From: an uncultured Candidatus Saccharibacteria bacterium
GTDB lineage: Bacteria; Patescibacteriota; Minisyncoccia; Minisyncoccales; Staskawiczbacteraceae
Assembly: GCA_964397155.1 (NCBI GenBank)
Contig: CAYNHB010000002.1
Coordinates: 1 to 44,135 of the forward strand
DNA length: 44,135 nucleotides
Direction: 5' to 3'
Below are positions 16,427 to 26,463 of this stretch, piece by piece. A program made the position numbers and the translations under genes. The notes beneath the pieces are model-generated. The model had not been told where the DNA came from. It did no database searches and saw only the letters and a list, made by a program, of their open reading frames with translations. The first letter of the stretch is position 1, and the number at the start of each line of letters is the position of its first letter.

Positions 16427-18408
16427 TGGACTTATCTGTTTTTTTGACTCCTGACAATTTAATATTTCTTTTAATTTGGCTGGTTATTTTAGCAATTTTT
16501 TTAATTGTTTGTTTTATCATCCTCAGAGCTATTTATAGGTTTATAAAGAAGCTTATACTGAAAATTTTTAAGAAAAAAGAGAAAGTCCACGCTATGGAAG
16601 GTGCCTTGATTGATAAAGGGGAGGATATTTCGCTCCAAGTTGAAGAATTAGAAAAAAGCAGGAGAGAAACTGTGGTGACCGAAGCCAAAGAAGAAAAAGA
16701 AGTTACAGCCCATGTTAAAACCCCTCCTTTAGAATATACCAGGCCAATAGAAACAGAAAAAAAACAGGAAGGAAAAACTGATAAACAAAAAGAATTTAAA
16801 GAAGGAGAAAAAAAAGATATTGAAGCTGGCCTCGAAGGGTTAAAACACCCAGGAGAACAAGAAGAAAGGTCATTTTTAGAGCGACAAGCAATACTCAGCC
16901 ATGGCGAGGAGTTTATGCCTAAAATTACAATACCTATTCCTAGAAGACGAAGACGCGGGTCAGATAAATCTCATCCAGATTTAGAAAAAGAGAGCAATTT
17001 GGCGCCAGAAAGCCGAGCTGGTCAAGTTGTGCAAAAATCAGAGCGGGCATCTGATAGAAAAGACGTGTCAGAAGCAAAAACTGAAACCCCGCAAGCAAAA
17101 TCGCAAGATTATAAAAAAGCGATTGAAGCGGAAGCTGAAAAAGAAATTGAAAAATTTGAAAACAAAAAAATAAAAGATTCTCCAGTAGTAAGAGCGACAG
17201 CGCAAAAACAGCCAATTGATACGCCAGAGGCCAGAGCAGCTAAAGAACAAACCCAAAAAATAAGTCATGTTCAACAAATCAAATCAAATTTTGATGAAGA
17301 AACTGATCAAAAAAAACAAATCGGCGTTAGAACAGAAAAAAATGCGGAAAAAGAAAATCCCCTTTATGAAAGATTAGAATTTTTAGAAGACAGGTTAGGT
17401 TTTAAAAAGATAAAAGAACGGACAGAGGAGAAGATTTTTGAGGAAAGAATGCAAAAAAACATTGAAGATAATCTTAAAATGGTGAAACACCCTGATCGCG
17501 AGAAAGGAGAAGAACGCTTTTTGAAAAAGGAATCGGAAAAAAGGGCAGAAAATGTTTTTGGAAAATCTCTTAAGTTTCCAAAAACCGAAGTGCCTATATC
17601 CAAAAAATATTTATCAGATGAAGATATTGATATATCCGGCGATGAAAATAAGCAAAAACAAGCTGAAAGTCAGAAAGAAACAATTATTTCTCCAGTTAAA
17701 AGCGCGAAAATACAAAGTTATTCAAAAAAACAGGAAATTACGTCGCAAATAGAAGAAAAAGAAATTCCAATTTACGAAAAGCCAGATTTTATGAAAGATG
17801 AGCTGGGGGTGCAAGAAAGGAGAGAAAAAAAGAATAAAGAAGATGCTGGTTTATCGCCGATTGAAAGAGCAAAATTGCAAAAATCATCATTTGCGCCTTC
17901 TGAAGAAAACCTCGCTGAGTTTGAGCAAAAAGGTCCGTTGGACTATGAAAAAACAGCAAAAGGCATTTCTTCAAATCAAGAAAAAGAAATCTCTATATAT
18001 GAAAAACCAGAATTTATGAAAGATGAATTAGGACTTGGTAAAAGGCATGCAGACCAGCGAGGCGGAACAGGTGTTCAAAAAGACAGCACTATTTTTGGAG
18101 GGAAAGAAGAACTGACAAGGGTTCAATTAAGGCACCGGTTAAGATATGACCCAAAGGTTTGGAAAGCAGGAGTAAAGTCTCGTTTTAACCTGACCAGACA
18201 GCAAAGAGAGAGTTTAGAAAAAGAACTTTTCCCAAAAATTTATGGAAGAAATATTTCAAAATCAGATTTTAACAGGCGTGTTAGGAGTATGATAAAAGAA
18301 AGGGGAGGATCGATTACTGGAGGAAGAGTCGCAAAGGCAGAAAACTTGAGAAGGGAGATCAATTTTTTAAAGAAAATTAGTGGCGTAAAGGGTGGCTGGA
18401 AAAAATAA
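16426..18408 (+). CDS. hypothetical membrane-anchored, highly charged (E/K-rich) repeat protein (660 aa)
   Basis: N-terminal TM helix. Internal repeat EKEI(P/S)IYEKP(D/E)FMKDELG at 17755-17808 and 17980-18033, with a third degenerate copy. Basic C-terminal domain. The ATG overlaps the ileS stop (TAATG). Confidence 0.7.
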   Translation: MDLSVFLTPDNLIFLLIWLVILAIFLIVCFIILRAIYRFIKKLILKIFKKKEKVHAMEGALIDKGEDISLQVEELEKSRRETVVTEAKEEKEVTAHVKTPPLEYTRPIETEKKQEGKTDKQKEFKEGEKKDIEAGLEGLKHPGEQEERSFLERQAILSHGEEFMPKITIPIPRRRRRGSDKSHPDLEKESNLAPESRAGQVVQKSERASDRKDVSEAKTETPQAKSQDYKKAIEAEAEKEIEKFENKKIKDSPVVRATAQKQPIDTPEARAAKEQTQKISHVQQIKSNFDEETDQKKQIGVRTEKNAEKENPLYERLEFLEDRLGFKKIKERTEEKIFEERMQKNIEDNLKMVKHPDREKGEERFLKKESEKRAENVFGKSLKFPKTEVPISKKYLSDEDIDISGDENKQKQAESQKETIISPVKSAKIQSYSKKQEITSQIEEKEIPIYEKPDFMKDELGVQERREKKNKEDAGLSPIERAKLQKSSFAPSEENLAEFEQKGPLDYEKTAKGISSNQEKEISIYEKPEFMKDELGLGKRHADQRGGTGVQKDSTIFGGKEELTRVQLRHRLRYDPKVWKAGVKSRFNLTRQQRESLEKELFPKIYGRNISKSDFNRRVRSMIKERGGSITGGRVAKAENLRREINFLKKISGVKGGWKK

Positions 18409-18423
18409 ATATAAATTTATAAA

Positions 18424-19164
18424 ATGGCAGAGTATTATAGGACAAAGGCATTTGTTTTTAAAAAACAAGACAAAGGGGAGGCAGACAGGGTTTTTTCTAT
18501 ATTTACAGAAGATTTTGGCCGGCTTGAAGTAACAGGAAAAGCTATAAGAAAAATCGCTTCAAAATTAAGGGCTGGTATTGATATGTTTTATTTTTCAGAA
18601 ATTGAATTTATACAAGGAAAAAACAAAAAAATCCTTACTGACGCTGTAAAAATCAAAAAATTTTTTGTATTATATGAGAGTCCAGAGAAAATAAAAATTG
18701 CCTTACAGATAGCAGATATCTTGGATAATTTTATAAAAGGACAGGAAAAAGATAAAAAAGTTTTTGAGTTTTTAGAAGAATTTTTTTGTAATTTTTCTGA
18801 AAAAGGTAAAAAAATAAAAAATTACCGGCTGGCTCTAAACTATTTTTTTTGGAATTTTATATCTTTCCAGGGATATCGTTTACAGGTGAAATCCTGCGCT
18901 GGTTGCCACCAAAAACTAAACCCCTATAGCATTTATTTTTCTGGCAAAGACGGCGGTATAATTTGCGGACATTGTGCATCAAATAATAAATTTAAAAACG
19001 GCCAATATCAAAAAATAAATTCAGATATTGCAAAAATTCTAAGATTAATCTTAAATAAAGATTGGCATATAATTTCTAAACTAAAAGTAGACCAGCCGTC
19101 AATGAATTTGCTTGAAAGCATTTCCGAGAATGCAGTACACACGTTTTCTCCTATCCATTCTTAA
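18424..19164 (+). CDS. recO: DNA repair protein RecO
   Basis: N-terminal OB-fold region YRTKAFVFKKQDKGEADRVFSIFTEDFGRLE and zinc motif CAGCHQK...CGHC. Confidence 0.85.
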   Translation: MAEYYRTKAFVFKKQDKGEADRVFSIFTEDFGRLEVTGKAIRKIASKLRAGIDMFYFSEIEFIQGKNKKILTDAVKIKKFFVLYESPEKIKIALQIADILDNFIKGQEKDKKVFEFLEEFFCNFSEKGKKIKNYRLALNYFFWNFISFQGYRLQVKSCAGCHQKLNPYSIYFSGKDGGIICGHCASNNKFKNGQYQKINSDIAKILRLILNKDWHIISKLKVDQPSMNLLESISENAVHTFSPIHS

Positions 19165-19196
19165 AATTCAAGTATATAATTAAATAAAAAAGAAAA

Positions 19197-20852
19197 ATGA
19201 ATAAGAAATTACTTTTCATAATTATATTGTGCCTGGTAATAATAGGTTTTGTGCTTTTTTGGCTTTACAGAGATAGTATGTTTTCAAAGGAAATTTTGCG
19301 ACTGGATATTTTAGGGCCGGATACGGCAGGGGCAGGGCAGGAAATAGAATATACTATAAAATATAAAAACAATGGGAATTTTGTTTTAGAGGGCCCAAGC
19401 TTAATTTTTGATTTGCCTGAAAATTCTTTTACAAATGAAGGCAAAACAAGGGTAATGCAAGATTTAGATGATATATACCCGGGGGATGAAGAGCTTATTA
19501 AAATAAAAGCTCGCTTGTGGGGAAAGGAGGAGGATTTGAAAACAGCCAAAGCATTAATCTCTTACACGCCTAAGAACTTAACAGTAAGATACGAATCAGA
19601 CACAAGCTTTACAACAAAAATAGACGCAGTTTCTGTCACTCTTGATTTTGACTTGCCCTCAAAAGTGGAAAAAGGAAAGGAGCTTCAGTATTCAATTAAT
19701 TATTTTTCAAATATTGATTATCCGTTAGATGACCTTGGATTAAAAATAAATCCTGTATCAGGGTTTGAAATAGAATCTTCAGAGCCCTCTTCTTTAGATG
19801 GTTTGGAGTGGAGATTAGAACCCCTGGAAAAAGCAGAAGGCGGAAGAGTTAGTATAAAAGGATTGATTACGGCTGACACTGGCCAAAACCTTAATTTTGA
19901 AGCTCAGCTTGGAATATGGCAAAGCGGGAGTTTTGTGGTTATCAAAGAGGCAAGCCAGGAAGTCCAGGTTATACAGCCGTTGTTATTTATATCCCAGCAG
20001 GTTAACGGATCCTCGTCTTATGTTGCTTCCCCGGGTGAAATTTTGAGATATCAGATTTTTTTCCGCAACATAGGAACCACGCCTTTTGAGGATTTGTTTA
20101 TGGTGGTAAAATTAGACGGCCAGGCGCTTAATATGTCTACAATAGAAACACAGGGCGGGCAAGTAAGTGGCAACATGATTGTTTGGGATTACAGGCAGGT
20201 GCCCCAGCTTAGAAATTTGCAAAAACAGGAGGAGGGGGAAATAGTATTTTACGTAAGAGTAAAAGATGACTGGGATCCTTCTGGGTCAGGAGAAGAGGGC
20301 ACCGTGGTTACAGATGAAGTAAATATTTCCCAGATTACCCAAAAATTTACAATAAAAGTAAATTATGGATTGGTAATTTCACAAAAAGCGTATTACAAAA
20401 GCCCGGATATTGAAAATTCAGGCCCTATTCCGCCAAAAACAGGAGAGGCCACAACATATACCATAACATGGGACATCAAAAATTATTTTAATGATGCTAA
20501 AAACGTCAGAGTGAAAGCCACCTTGCCTGAAAACGTAAGTTTGACCGGAAAGATATCTCCTTCAAGCGAGTCATCAAATTTTTCATTTGATTCAGCCAGC
20601 CGTGAGATTGTTTGGTCTGTAGGGGATGTTTTAGCTGGAACGGGATTAAGAGGCAGTCCTTACACAATTTCTTTTCAGGTTTCTTTGGTTCCATATGGCT
20701 CTCAAAAAGGATCTACTGCCCAGCTGATAGGGCAGGCCCAAGTTACAGGAGAAAACCAATTTACAGATACGGTAATTACAGCCCATGATTCTGGTATTAA
20801 TACGAGCTTGCCTGATGATTTTGTTAATTCTGGAGGGGGAATTGTTCAGTAG
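19197..20852 (+). CDS. secreted or surface protein with DUF11-like repeat domains (551 aa)
   Basis: N-terminal signal/anchor helix. Repeated beta-rich segments of the 'G..i.Y.i...N.G' type, as seen in conserved-repeat-domain (DUF11) proteins. Confidence 0.65.
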   Translation: MNKKLLFIIILCLVIIGFVLFWLYRDSMFSKEILRLDILGPDTAGAGQEIEYTIKYKNNGNFVLEGPSLIFDLPENSFTNEGKTRVMQDLDDIYPGDEELIKIKARLWGKEEDLKTAKALISYTPKNLTVRYESDTSFTTKIDAVSVTLDFDLPSKVEKGKELQYSINYFSNIDYPLDDLGLKINPVSGFEIESSEPSSLDGLEWRLEPLEKAEGGRVSIKGLITADTGQNLNFEAQLGIWQSGSFVVIKEASQEVQVIQPLLFISQQVNGSSSYVASPGEILRYQIFFRNIGTTPFEDLFMVVKLDGQALNMSTIETQGGQVSGNMIVWDYRQVPQLRNLQKQEEGEIVFYVRVKDDWDPSGSGEEGTVVTDEVNISQITQKFTIKVNYGLVISQKAYYKSPDIENSGPIPPKTGEATTYTITWDIKNYFNDAKNVRVKATLPENVSLTGKISPSSESSNFSFDSASREIVWSVGDVLAGTGLRGSPYTISFQVSLVPYGSQKGSTAQLIGQAQVTGENQFTDTVITAHDSGINTSLPDDFVNSGGGIVQ

Positions 20853-20883
20853 AAATTCAAAAATCAGAAATTAAAAAAAAGTT

Positions 20884-22188
20884 ATGATAAAACAAAATAA
20901 AGAAAATAATTTGATGGAAAAAATAGTTTCTTTGTGCAAAAGAAGGGGCTTTGTTTTTCCTGGCTCTGAAATTTATGGCGGTTTAGCCAACTCTTTTGAT
21001 TACGGCCCTTTGGGAGTTGAACTAAAAAACAATATTAAAAATCTTTGGTGGAAAAAATTTGTGCATGAGAGGGATGACATTGTAGGCATAGACGCTGCTT
21101 TGATAATGAATTCAGAGGTTTGGAAAAAAAGCGGACATTTGGATACTTTTAATGATCCGCTTATTGAGTGTAAAAAATGTCACCATAGATTCCGGGCAGA
21201 TCATATTAAAGGCAAAAAATGTCCGGATTGCGGAGGAGAGCTTACAAGCTCAAAACAATTTAACTTGATGCTTAAAACTTTTTTGGGGCCTGTTGAAGAT
21301 TCAGACAATACTGTTTATTTTAGGCCAGAAACAGCCCAGGCAATGTTTGTGGATTTTAAAAACGTTTTATCAACTTCAAGAAAAAAAATTCCTTTTGGTA
21401 TAGCCCAAATCGGTAAGGCATTCCGCAATGAAATAACTCCTGGGAATTTTATATTTCGCACGCGCGAATTTGAACAAATGGAAATTGAATATTTTATTAA
21501 AGAAAATGACTGGAAAAAAACATTTGAATTTTGGAGAAAAGAAATGTGGTCTTGGACAACTGATGAATTGGGCATTCAAAAGAAAAATTTGCATGATTGT
21601 GAATGCGAGCCAGAAAACAGAGCTCATTATTCAAAAAAGACCATTGATATAGAATATGATTTTCCATTTGGCAGGGACGAGCTTTATGGATTGGCTTACA
21701 GGACAGATTTTGATTTGAAAAACCACTATAAAGAGCCGCCTTATGAGGATTTAGAGTCAGGAGAAAAATTTTATCCGCATGTAATAGAGCCAACATGGGG
21801 TGTGGACAGGTCTGTTTTGGCTGTTTTATGCGAAGCGTATTCAGAAGAAAGCGAGCGTGTTGTGTTGAAGTTAAAACCCAGTTTGGCTCCTTATAAGGCA
21901 GCTGTTTTTCCTCTTTTAAGAAATAAGCCAGAGCTAGTTAAGAAAGCAAAACAGATTTATGATGACCTTAAAAAACAATTTAATGTTGTTTTTGATGATA
22001 GAGGAAACATTGGAAAAAGATATTATTCGCAAGATGAAATTGGCACGCCCTTTTGCATTACAGTTGATTTTGACACTTTAAAAGACAGCACTGTTACTGT
22101 GCGCAACCGCGACACAATGAAACAAAAAAAAATAAAAATAGATGAAATAGAAACTTATATAAAGAATAAATTAAATGGCAGAGTATAA
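20884..22188 (+). CDS. glyQS: glycine--tRNA ligase (class II, alpha2 type)
   Basis: RRGFVFPGSEIYGG, FRNEITPGNFIFRTREFEQME and the anticodon-binding C-terminus. The true start may be the ATG at 20914 (MEKIVSL). Confidence 0.9.
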   Translation: MIKQNKENNLMEKIVSLCKRRGFVFPGSEIYGGLANSFDYGPLGVELKNNIKNLWWKKFVHERDDIVGIDAALIMNSEVWKKSGHLDTFNDPLIECKKCHHRFRADHIKGKKCPDCGGELTSSKQFNLMLKTFLGPVEDSDNTVYFRPETAQAMFVDFKNVLSTSRKKIPFGIAQIGKAFRNEITPGNFIFRTREFEQMEIEYFIKENDWKKTFEFWRKEMWSWTTDELGIQKKNLHDCECEPENRAHYSKKTIDIEYDFPFGRDELYGLAYRTDFDLKNHYKEPPYEDLESGEKFYPHVIEPTWGVDRSVLAVLCEAYSEESERVVLKLKPSLAPYKAAVFPLLRNKPELVKKAKQIYDDLKKQFNVVFDDRGNIGKRYYSQDEIGTPFCITVDFDTLKDSTVTVRNRDTMKQKKIKIDEIETYIKNKLNGRV

Positions 22189-23452
22189 AAAAACTGAGTT
22201 AAAAAATGGGTTAAGGGTGATTTCTGTGCCCGTTAAAAATGCAAACAGCGTGACTGTTTTGATTTTAGTTGGCACTGGGTCAAAATATGAAACAAAGAAT
22301 ATAAATGGAATTTCGCATTTTTTAGAGCATATGTTTTTTAAGGGTACAGAAAAAAGGCCCGACACTTTAAGAATTTCTGAAACTTTAGATAAAATTGGCG
22401 GAGAATATAATGCTTTTACTTCAAAAGAAATAACTGGCTTTTGGGCAAAAGTAGATAAAAAGCATGCAAATGTTGCTTTAGACTGGATCTCTGACATTTT
22501 TTTGAATTCAAAATTTGAAGAACAAGAAATCCAAAGGGAAAAAGGGGTAATAGTTGAGGAGCTGAATATGTATTTAGACACCCCAACAGCATATGTTTCA
22601 GAGCTGTTTGAAGATTTGCTTTACAAAGACCAACCGGCAGGATGGCGAATTGTTGGCGAAAAAGAAAACATAATGAGTTTTGACAGGCAAAAGATTGTAG
22701 ATTATTTTAAAACGCATTATTCAAGTCAAAACACAGTTGCATGTGTTGCAGGAGACATAAAATCAGGCCAGATAGAAAAGGAAATTGAAAAATATTTTAA
22801 AAAAATAGGGAAAAAAGATCCTCCGCAAAAAGAGCCAGTAAAAGAAGAGCAATCAGGGTCAGAGGTTTTTGTGCATAATAAAAAAACAGACCAAACGCAT
22901 TTTTGCTTAGGAGTAAGGGCTTTTGATATTTTTGACAAAAGAAGGTATGCTTTAAGCTTGATATCTGTGATTTTAGGCGGAAACATGAGCTCCCGGCTTT
23001 TTATTTCTGTAAGAGAGAGGCACGGATTGGGTTATTATGTGCACACCTCTTTTGACGCCACTTCAGACACAGGTTACTTGGTCACGCAGGCAGGGATAAA
23101 AAATGATAGCTTAGAAAAAGCAGTAGAATTGATATTAAAGGAATACAAAAATTTAAAAGAAAAAGAAGTGCTAGAACAAGAATTAAAAAAAGCAAAAGAT
23201 TATTTAAGGGGCAGGATGGCCCTGTCTTTGGATGCCACAGATGCAAAAGCATCTTTTTATGGCATGCAAGAAGTTATGGGTCAAAAAATCTTGACTCCAG
23301 AGCAAAAATTAGAGCTTATTGATAAAGTTTCTGTAAATGATATAAAGAAAGTAGCAGAAGAAATTTTTGTTTCAGAGAAGATAAATCTTGCTGTAATAGG
23401 ACCAATAGAAAAATCTAAAGAAAAGGAGCTAAAAGATTTATTAAAAATTTAA
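22175..23452 (+). CDS. M16-family (pitrilysin/insulinase-like) zinc peptidase
   Basis: HFLEHMFFKGT (HxxEH) motif. Overlaps the glyQS end by 14 nt. Confidence 0.85.
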   Translation: MAEYKKTELKNGLRVISVPVKNANSVTVLILVGTGSKYETKNINGISHFLEHMFFKGTEKRPDTLRISETLDKIGGEYNAFTSKEITGFWAKVDKKHANVALDWISDIFLNSKFEEQEIQREKGVIVEELNMYLDTPTAYVSELFEDLLYKDQPAGWRIVGEKENIMSFDRQKIVDYFKTHYSSQNTVACVAGDIKSGQIEKEIEKYFKKIGKKDPPQKEPVKEEQSGSEVFVHNKKTDQTHFCLGVRAFDIFDKRRYALSLISVILGGNMSSRLFISVRERHGLGYYVHTSFDATSDTGYLVTQAGIKNDSLEKAVELILKEYKNLKEKEVLEQELKKAKDYLRGRMALSLDATDAKASFYGMQEVMGQKILTPEQKLELIDKVSVNDIKKVAEEIFVSEKINLAVIGPIEKSKEKELKDLLKI

Positions 23453-23463
23453 TAAAATTTATT

Positions 23464-24504
23464 ATGAGCCAAAACACTCTTGATGTTTCTTGGAAAACAA
23501 TTGTTAAAGTTTTTATTGCGATTTTTATTTTCTACATGGCTTATTTAATAAAAGACGTGGCTCTTTGGTTTTTCTTTGCCCTTGTTATTTCTGTTTTGCT
23601 GGAGCCGGCCATTAATTTTTTAAGATGGATAAAAATACCCAAAATAGTATCTATAATTTTGGTTTATTTGTCTATTTTTGGATTTTTGGGGCTTTTAATT
23701 TATTTGGTAGCGCCGATTTTTATATTTGAATTAAAACAATTTTCTCAACAAATTCCCTTTTATCTTGAGAAAATAAATCCTATTTTAAAACAGTGGGGAG
23801 TTGATATTGCTTACAGTTTTAATGATTTTACCCTAATCTTGGTCAATAGGTTAGAGCAGGGATCAAGGGGCGTTATAAATGCCGTTGCGTCTTTCTTCGG
23901 CGGGATCGTTTCTGCTATTTTCATTTTGACTCTTGCGTTTTTCTTGTCCATAGAAGAAAGGGGAATGGAGAAATTTCTGATCATCCTGACTCCCAAAAGA
24001 TACGAAAAGCAGATGATAAATATTTTTGAAAGATCACAGAAAAAAGTTTCCAATTGGTTTGGGGCAAGAGTTTTAGCCTGTCTTTTTGTAGGTCTGGCCT
24101 CTTTTGTGATTTTTTATGTTTTTAACGTAAAATATTCGTTTCTGCTTGCATTGGTTGCCGGCATACTAAACTTTGTCCCGTACATAGGCCCGTGGATAAC
24201 AGCTGCTTTTTTGCTGGCTTTTGTTTCTGTTTCTCATTCTTGGGTTGTAGCGTTGTATGTTTTTGTGGCATTTATAGTAATTCAAAGCATAGAAGGATAT
24301 ATTTTAACTCCGTTATTGATGAAGAGAATGATAAATCTGCCTCCGGTTCTAGTTTTAACTGCATTGCTGGTTGGGTCTCAGATGTTCGGATTTTTAGGAG
24401 TAGTTTTTGCTGTGCCGGTTTTTGGAATTGTTTATGAATTTTTAAGGGAGTTTTTAGAAAAAAGGAGGAGTTTTGGCGAACCAGAGGATGCGCAGATCGA
24501 ATAA
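23464..24504 (+). CDS. AI-2E family transporter (PerM-like permease)
   Basis: Multi-TM protein with NFVPYIGPW and the typical PerM-family architecture. Confidence 0.85.
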   Translation: MSQNTLDVSWKTIVKVFIAIFIFYMAYLIKDVALWFFFALVISVLLEPAINFLRWIKIPKIVSIILVYLSIFGFLGLLIYLVAPIFIFELKQFSQQIPFYLEKINPILKQWGVDIAYSFNDFTLILVNRLEQGSRGVINAVASFFGGIVSAIFILTLAFFLSIEERGMEKFLIILTPKRYEKQMINIFERSQKKVSNWFGARVLACLFVGLASFVIFYVFNVKYSFLLALVAGILNFVPYIGPWITAAFLLAFVSVSHSWVVALYVFVAFIVIQSIEGYILTPLLMKRMINLPPVLVLTALLVGSQMFGFLGVVFAVPVFGIVYEFLREFLEKRRSFGEPEDAQIE

Positions 24505-24505
24505 C

Positions 24506-25930
24506 ATGTTTTTTTCTAAAAAAAATTTTTACATAACAACAACCCTGCCTTATGTTAATGCTGACCCGCATATTGGTTTTGCTTTAGAAATAATACAAGC
24601 AGATGTTGTTGCCAGGCATTATAGAAACAAAGGATATAATGTTTTTTTTAATACAGGGACAGACGAGCACGGATTAAAGGTGCTTCAAGGTGCAGAAAAG
24701 CAAGGGCTTAGCCCAAAAAAATATTGCGATTCTTATGCTGAAAAGAACAAAAAGTTAAAATTAGTTTTAGAGTTAAGTTATAGTAATTTTATTAGAACTA
24801 CAGACCAAGGTCACATAAAAGCAGCTCAAGAATTCTGGACGAGGTGTTATAAGAACGGAGATATTTATAAAAAAAATTATAAAATAAAATATTGTGTTGG
24901 GTGCGAGCTTGAAAAAACAGAATCAGAGCTTGAAGACGAAAAATGTCCCATACACCCCAACAGAGAAATAGAATTAATAGAAGAAGAAAATTATTTTTTT
25001 AAGTATTCAAAGTATCAAAAAAAACTTTTAGATTTTTATGAAAAAAATCCAAAATTTGTTATCCCAGAATCAAGGTTTAATGAAATAAAAGAATTTACCA
25101 GAAAAGGATTGGAGGATTTTAGTGTTTCCCGCTTAAAAGAAAAAATGCCATGGGGCGTTCCTGTTCCAAACGATGAAAAGCATATAATGTATGTTTGGTT
25201 TGATGCTTTGGTAAATTATATTTCTGCTTTAGGGTGGTCTGAAGACCAAAAAAAGTTTAAAAAGTTTTGGCCGGTTGTTCAGGTGGCAGGGAAGGATAAT
25301 TTAAGGCAGCAAAGCTCAATGTGGCAGGCAATGCTGATGTCTGCGGGTCTTCCCACCTCAAAACAGATTTTTATACATGGATTTATAACAGCTAATGGCC
25401 AGAAAATGTCAAAATCTTTAGGAAATGTTGTTGATCCTTTTGAGCTAGTAAATAAGTATGGGGTTGATGCTGTTAGATATTATTTATTAAGGGAAATTAC
25501 GCCAACACAAGATGGTGATTTTACTTTTGAAAAGTTTGAGCAGAGATACAATTCAGATTTGGCAGGCGGAATAGGAAATTTGGTGGCAAGAGTTTTAGGA
25601 GTTTCTAAAGGATTAAAAGTTGCGCCTAAAGCGACAAGAAACACGCAACAAGAAGTTAAAGAAATAAAAAAAATTTGCGATACTGCAATAGAAAATTTTA
25701 AGTTTAATGAGGCATTGTCATCAATTTGGGAATTGATAAGCTATTGTGATAAATATATAAATGATAAAAAGTTGTGGGAAACAAAGGATAAAAAAGTTCT
25801 TGAAGATTTATTTTTCGCTTTAAACGAAATAAGCGGTTTGTTGAACCCATTTTTGCCTGAAACTTCAGAAAAAATAAAAAAAGCCTTAATTGAGAGGAAA
25901 TCTAAGGTATTATTCCCGAAACTCTTTTAA
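24506..25930 (+). CDS. metG: methionine--tRNA ligase
   Basis: ITTTLPYVNADPHIGF (HIGH region), KMSKSLGN, and Zn knuckle CVGC...CP. The ATG at 24506 lies right after the upstream stop; the ORF-track start at 24473 overlaps the previous gene. Confidence 0.9.
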   Translation: MFFSKKNFYITTTLPYVNADPHIGFALEIIQADVVARHYRNKGYNVFFNTGTDEHGLKVLQGAEKQGLSPKKYCDSYAEKNKKLKLVLELSYSNFIRTTDQGHIKAAQEFWTRCYKNGDIYKKNYKIKYCVGCELEKTESELEDEKCPIHPNREIELIEEENYFFKYSKYQKKLLDFYEKNPKFVIPESRFNEIKEFTRKGLEDFSVSRLKEKMPWGVPVPNDEKHIMYVWFDALVNYISALGWSEDQKKFKKFWPVVQVAGKDNLRQQSSMWQAMLMSAGLPTSKQIFIHGFITANGQKMSKSLGNVVDPFELVNKYGVDAVRYYLLREITPTQDGDFTFEKFEQRYNSDLAGGIGNLVARVLGVSKGLKVAPKATRNTQQEVKEIKKICDTAIENFKFNEALSSIWELISYCDKYINDKKLWETKDKKVLEDLFFALNEISGLLNPFLPETSEKIKKALIERKSKVLFPKLF

Positions 25931-25997
25931 TTTTACGATTTTAGGTATAACATCTAATTAGTCCTTTCGCGTGCTCCAGACAACAAGGAGAATAACA

Positions 25998-26129
25998 GTG
26001 AAAACCATAATCGGAATTGTTTCTGCGCTTGCGCTTTTGGCTTGGTTGCTTTGGATGTCTTGGCCAGTGCAAAAAAGCATAATGTCTCGGTTTGAACGAG
26101 CAAAAAAGCATATGGAGGATAGGCATTGA
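25998..26129 (+). CDS. candidate 43-aa membrane peptide (GTG start), not in the ORF track
   Basis: AAGGAGA SD 6 nt upstream of the GTG. Reads (M)KTIIGIVSALALLAWLLWMSWPVQKSIMSRFERAKKHMEDRH, one TM helix plus a basic tail. Its stop overlaps the -35 of the csrA promoter. Confidence 0.4.
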   Translation: MKTIIGIVSALALLAWLLWMSWPVQKSIMSRFERAKKHMEDRH

Positions 26130-26154
26130 CATTAAGGTGTTTCTTTGTCATAGT
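26126..26154 (+). promoter_or_regulatory. sigma70-like promoter (TTGACA-17-CATAGT)
   Basis: Perfect -35 at 26126-26131, about 70 nt upstream of csrA. Confidence 0.5.
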
Positions 26155-26225
26155 AAAGATGGCTCTTTGATATTAGGCAAGGCTGCCTAAGGGAGCCACC
26201 CCGCCCTTTCGTAAAGGAGCTCATC

Positions 26226-26453
26226 ATGTTGGTTCTCTCTCGTAAGAAGAACGAAAGTATTGTCATCAATGATGACATTACCATCGTTGTGGTGGAGATC
26301 CGGGGTGACAAGGTGCGTCTTGGGGTTGAGGCCCCGAAGGAAGTGCCTGTCCACCGGCGAGAGGTCTTTGATGCGATCCGTCGCAACGAAGCCGCCGGAG
26401 GTGGCAAAGAGGCCGGCAAGACCGACCCAGCGACGACCTCCGACGGGTCATGA
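26226..26453 (+). CDS. csrA: carbon storage regulator CsrA/RsmA
   Basis: MLVLSRKKNESIVINDDITIVVVEIRGDKVRLGVEAPKEVPVHRREV is near-canonical CsrA. Markedly G+C-rich codons. SD AAAGGAG. Confidence 0.9.
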   Translation: MLVLSRKKNESIVINDDITIVVVEIRGDKVRLGVEAPKEVPVHRREVFDAIRRNEAAGGGKEAGKTDPATTSDGS

Positions 26454-26463
26454 CCTGCCCTAT

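Noticed and set aside
22171-22581. Long antisense ORFs inside conserved genes (also 34303-34791, 30789-31253, 14812-15204, 4211-4561, 282-671)
   Set aside because: Each lies opposite a confidently identified gene. Each has the low-complexity F/S/K/I-rich composition typical of antisense frames in AT-rich coding DNA.
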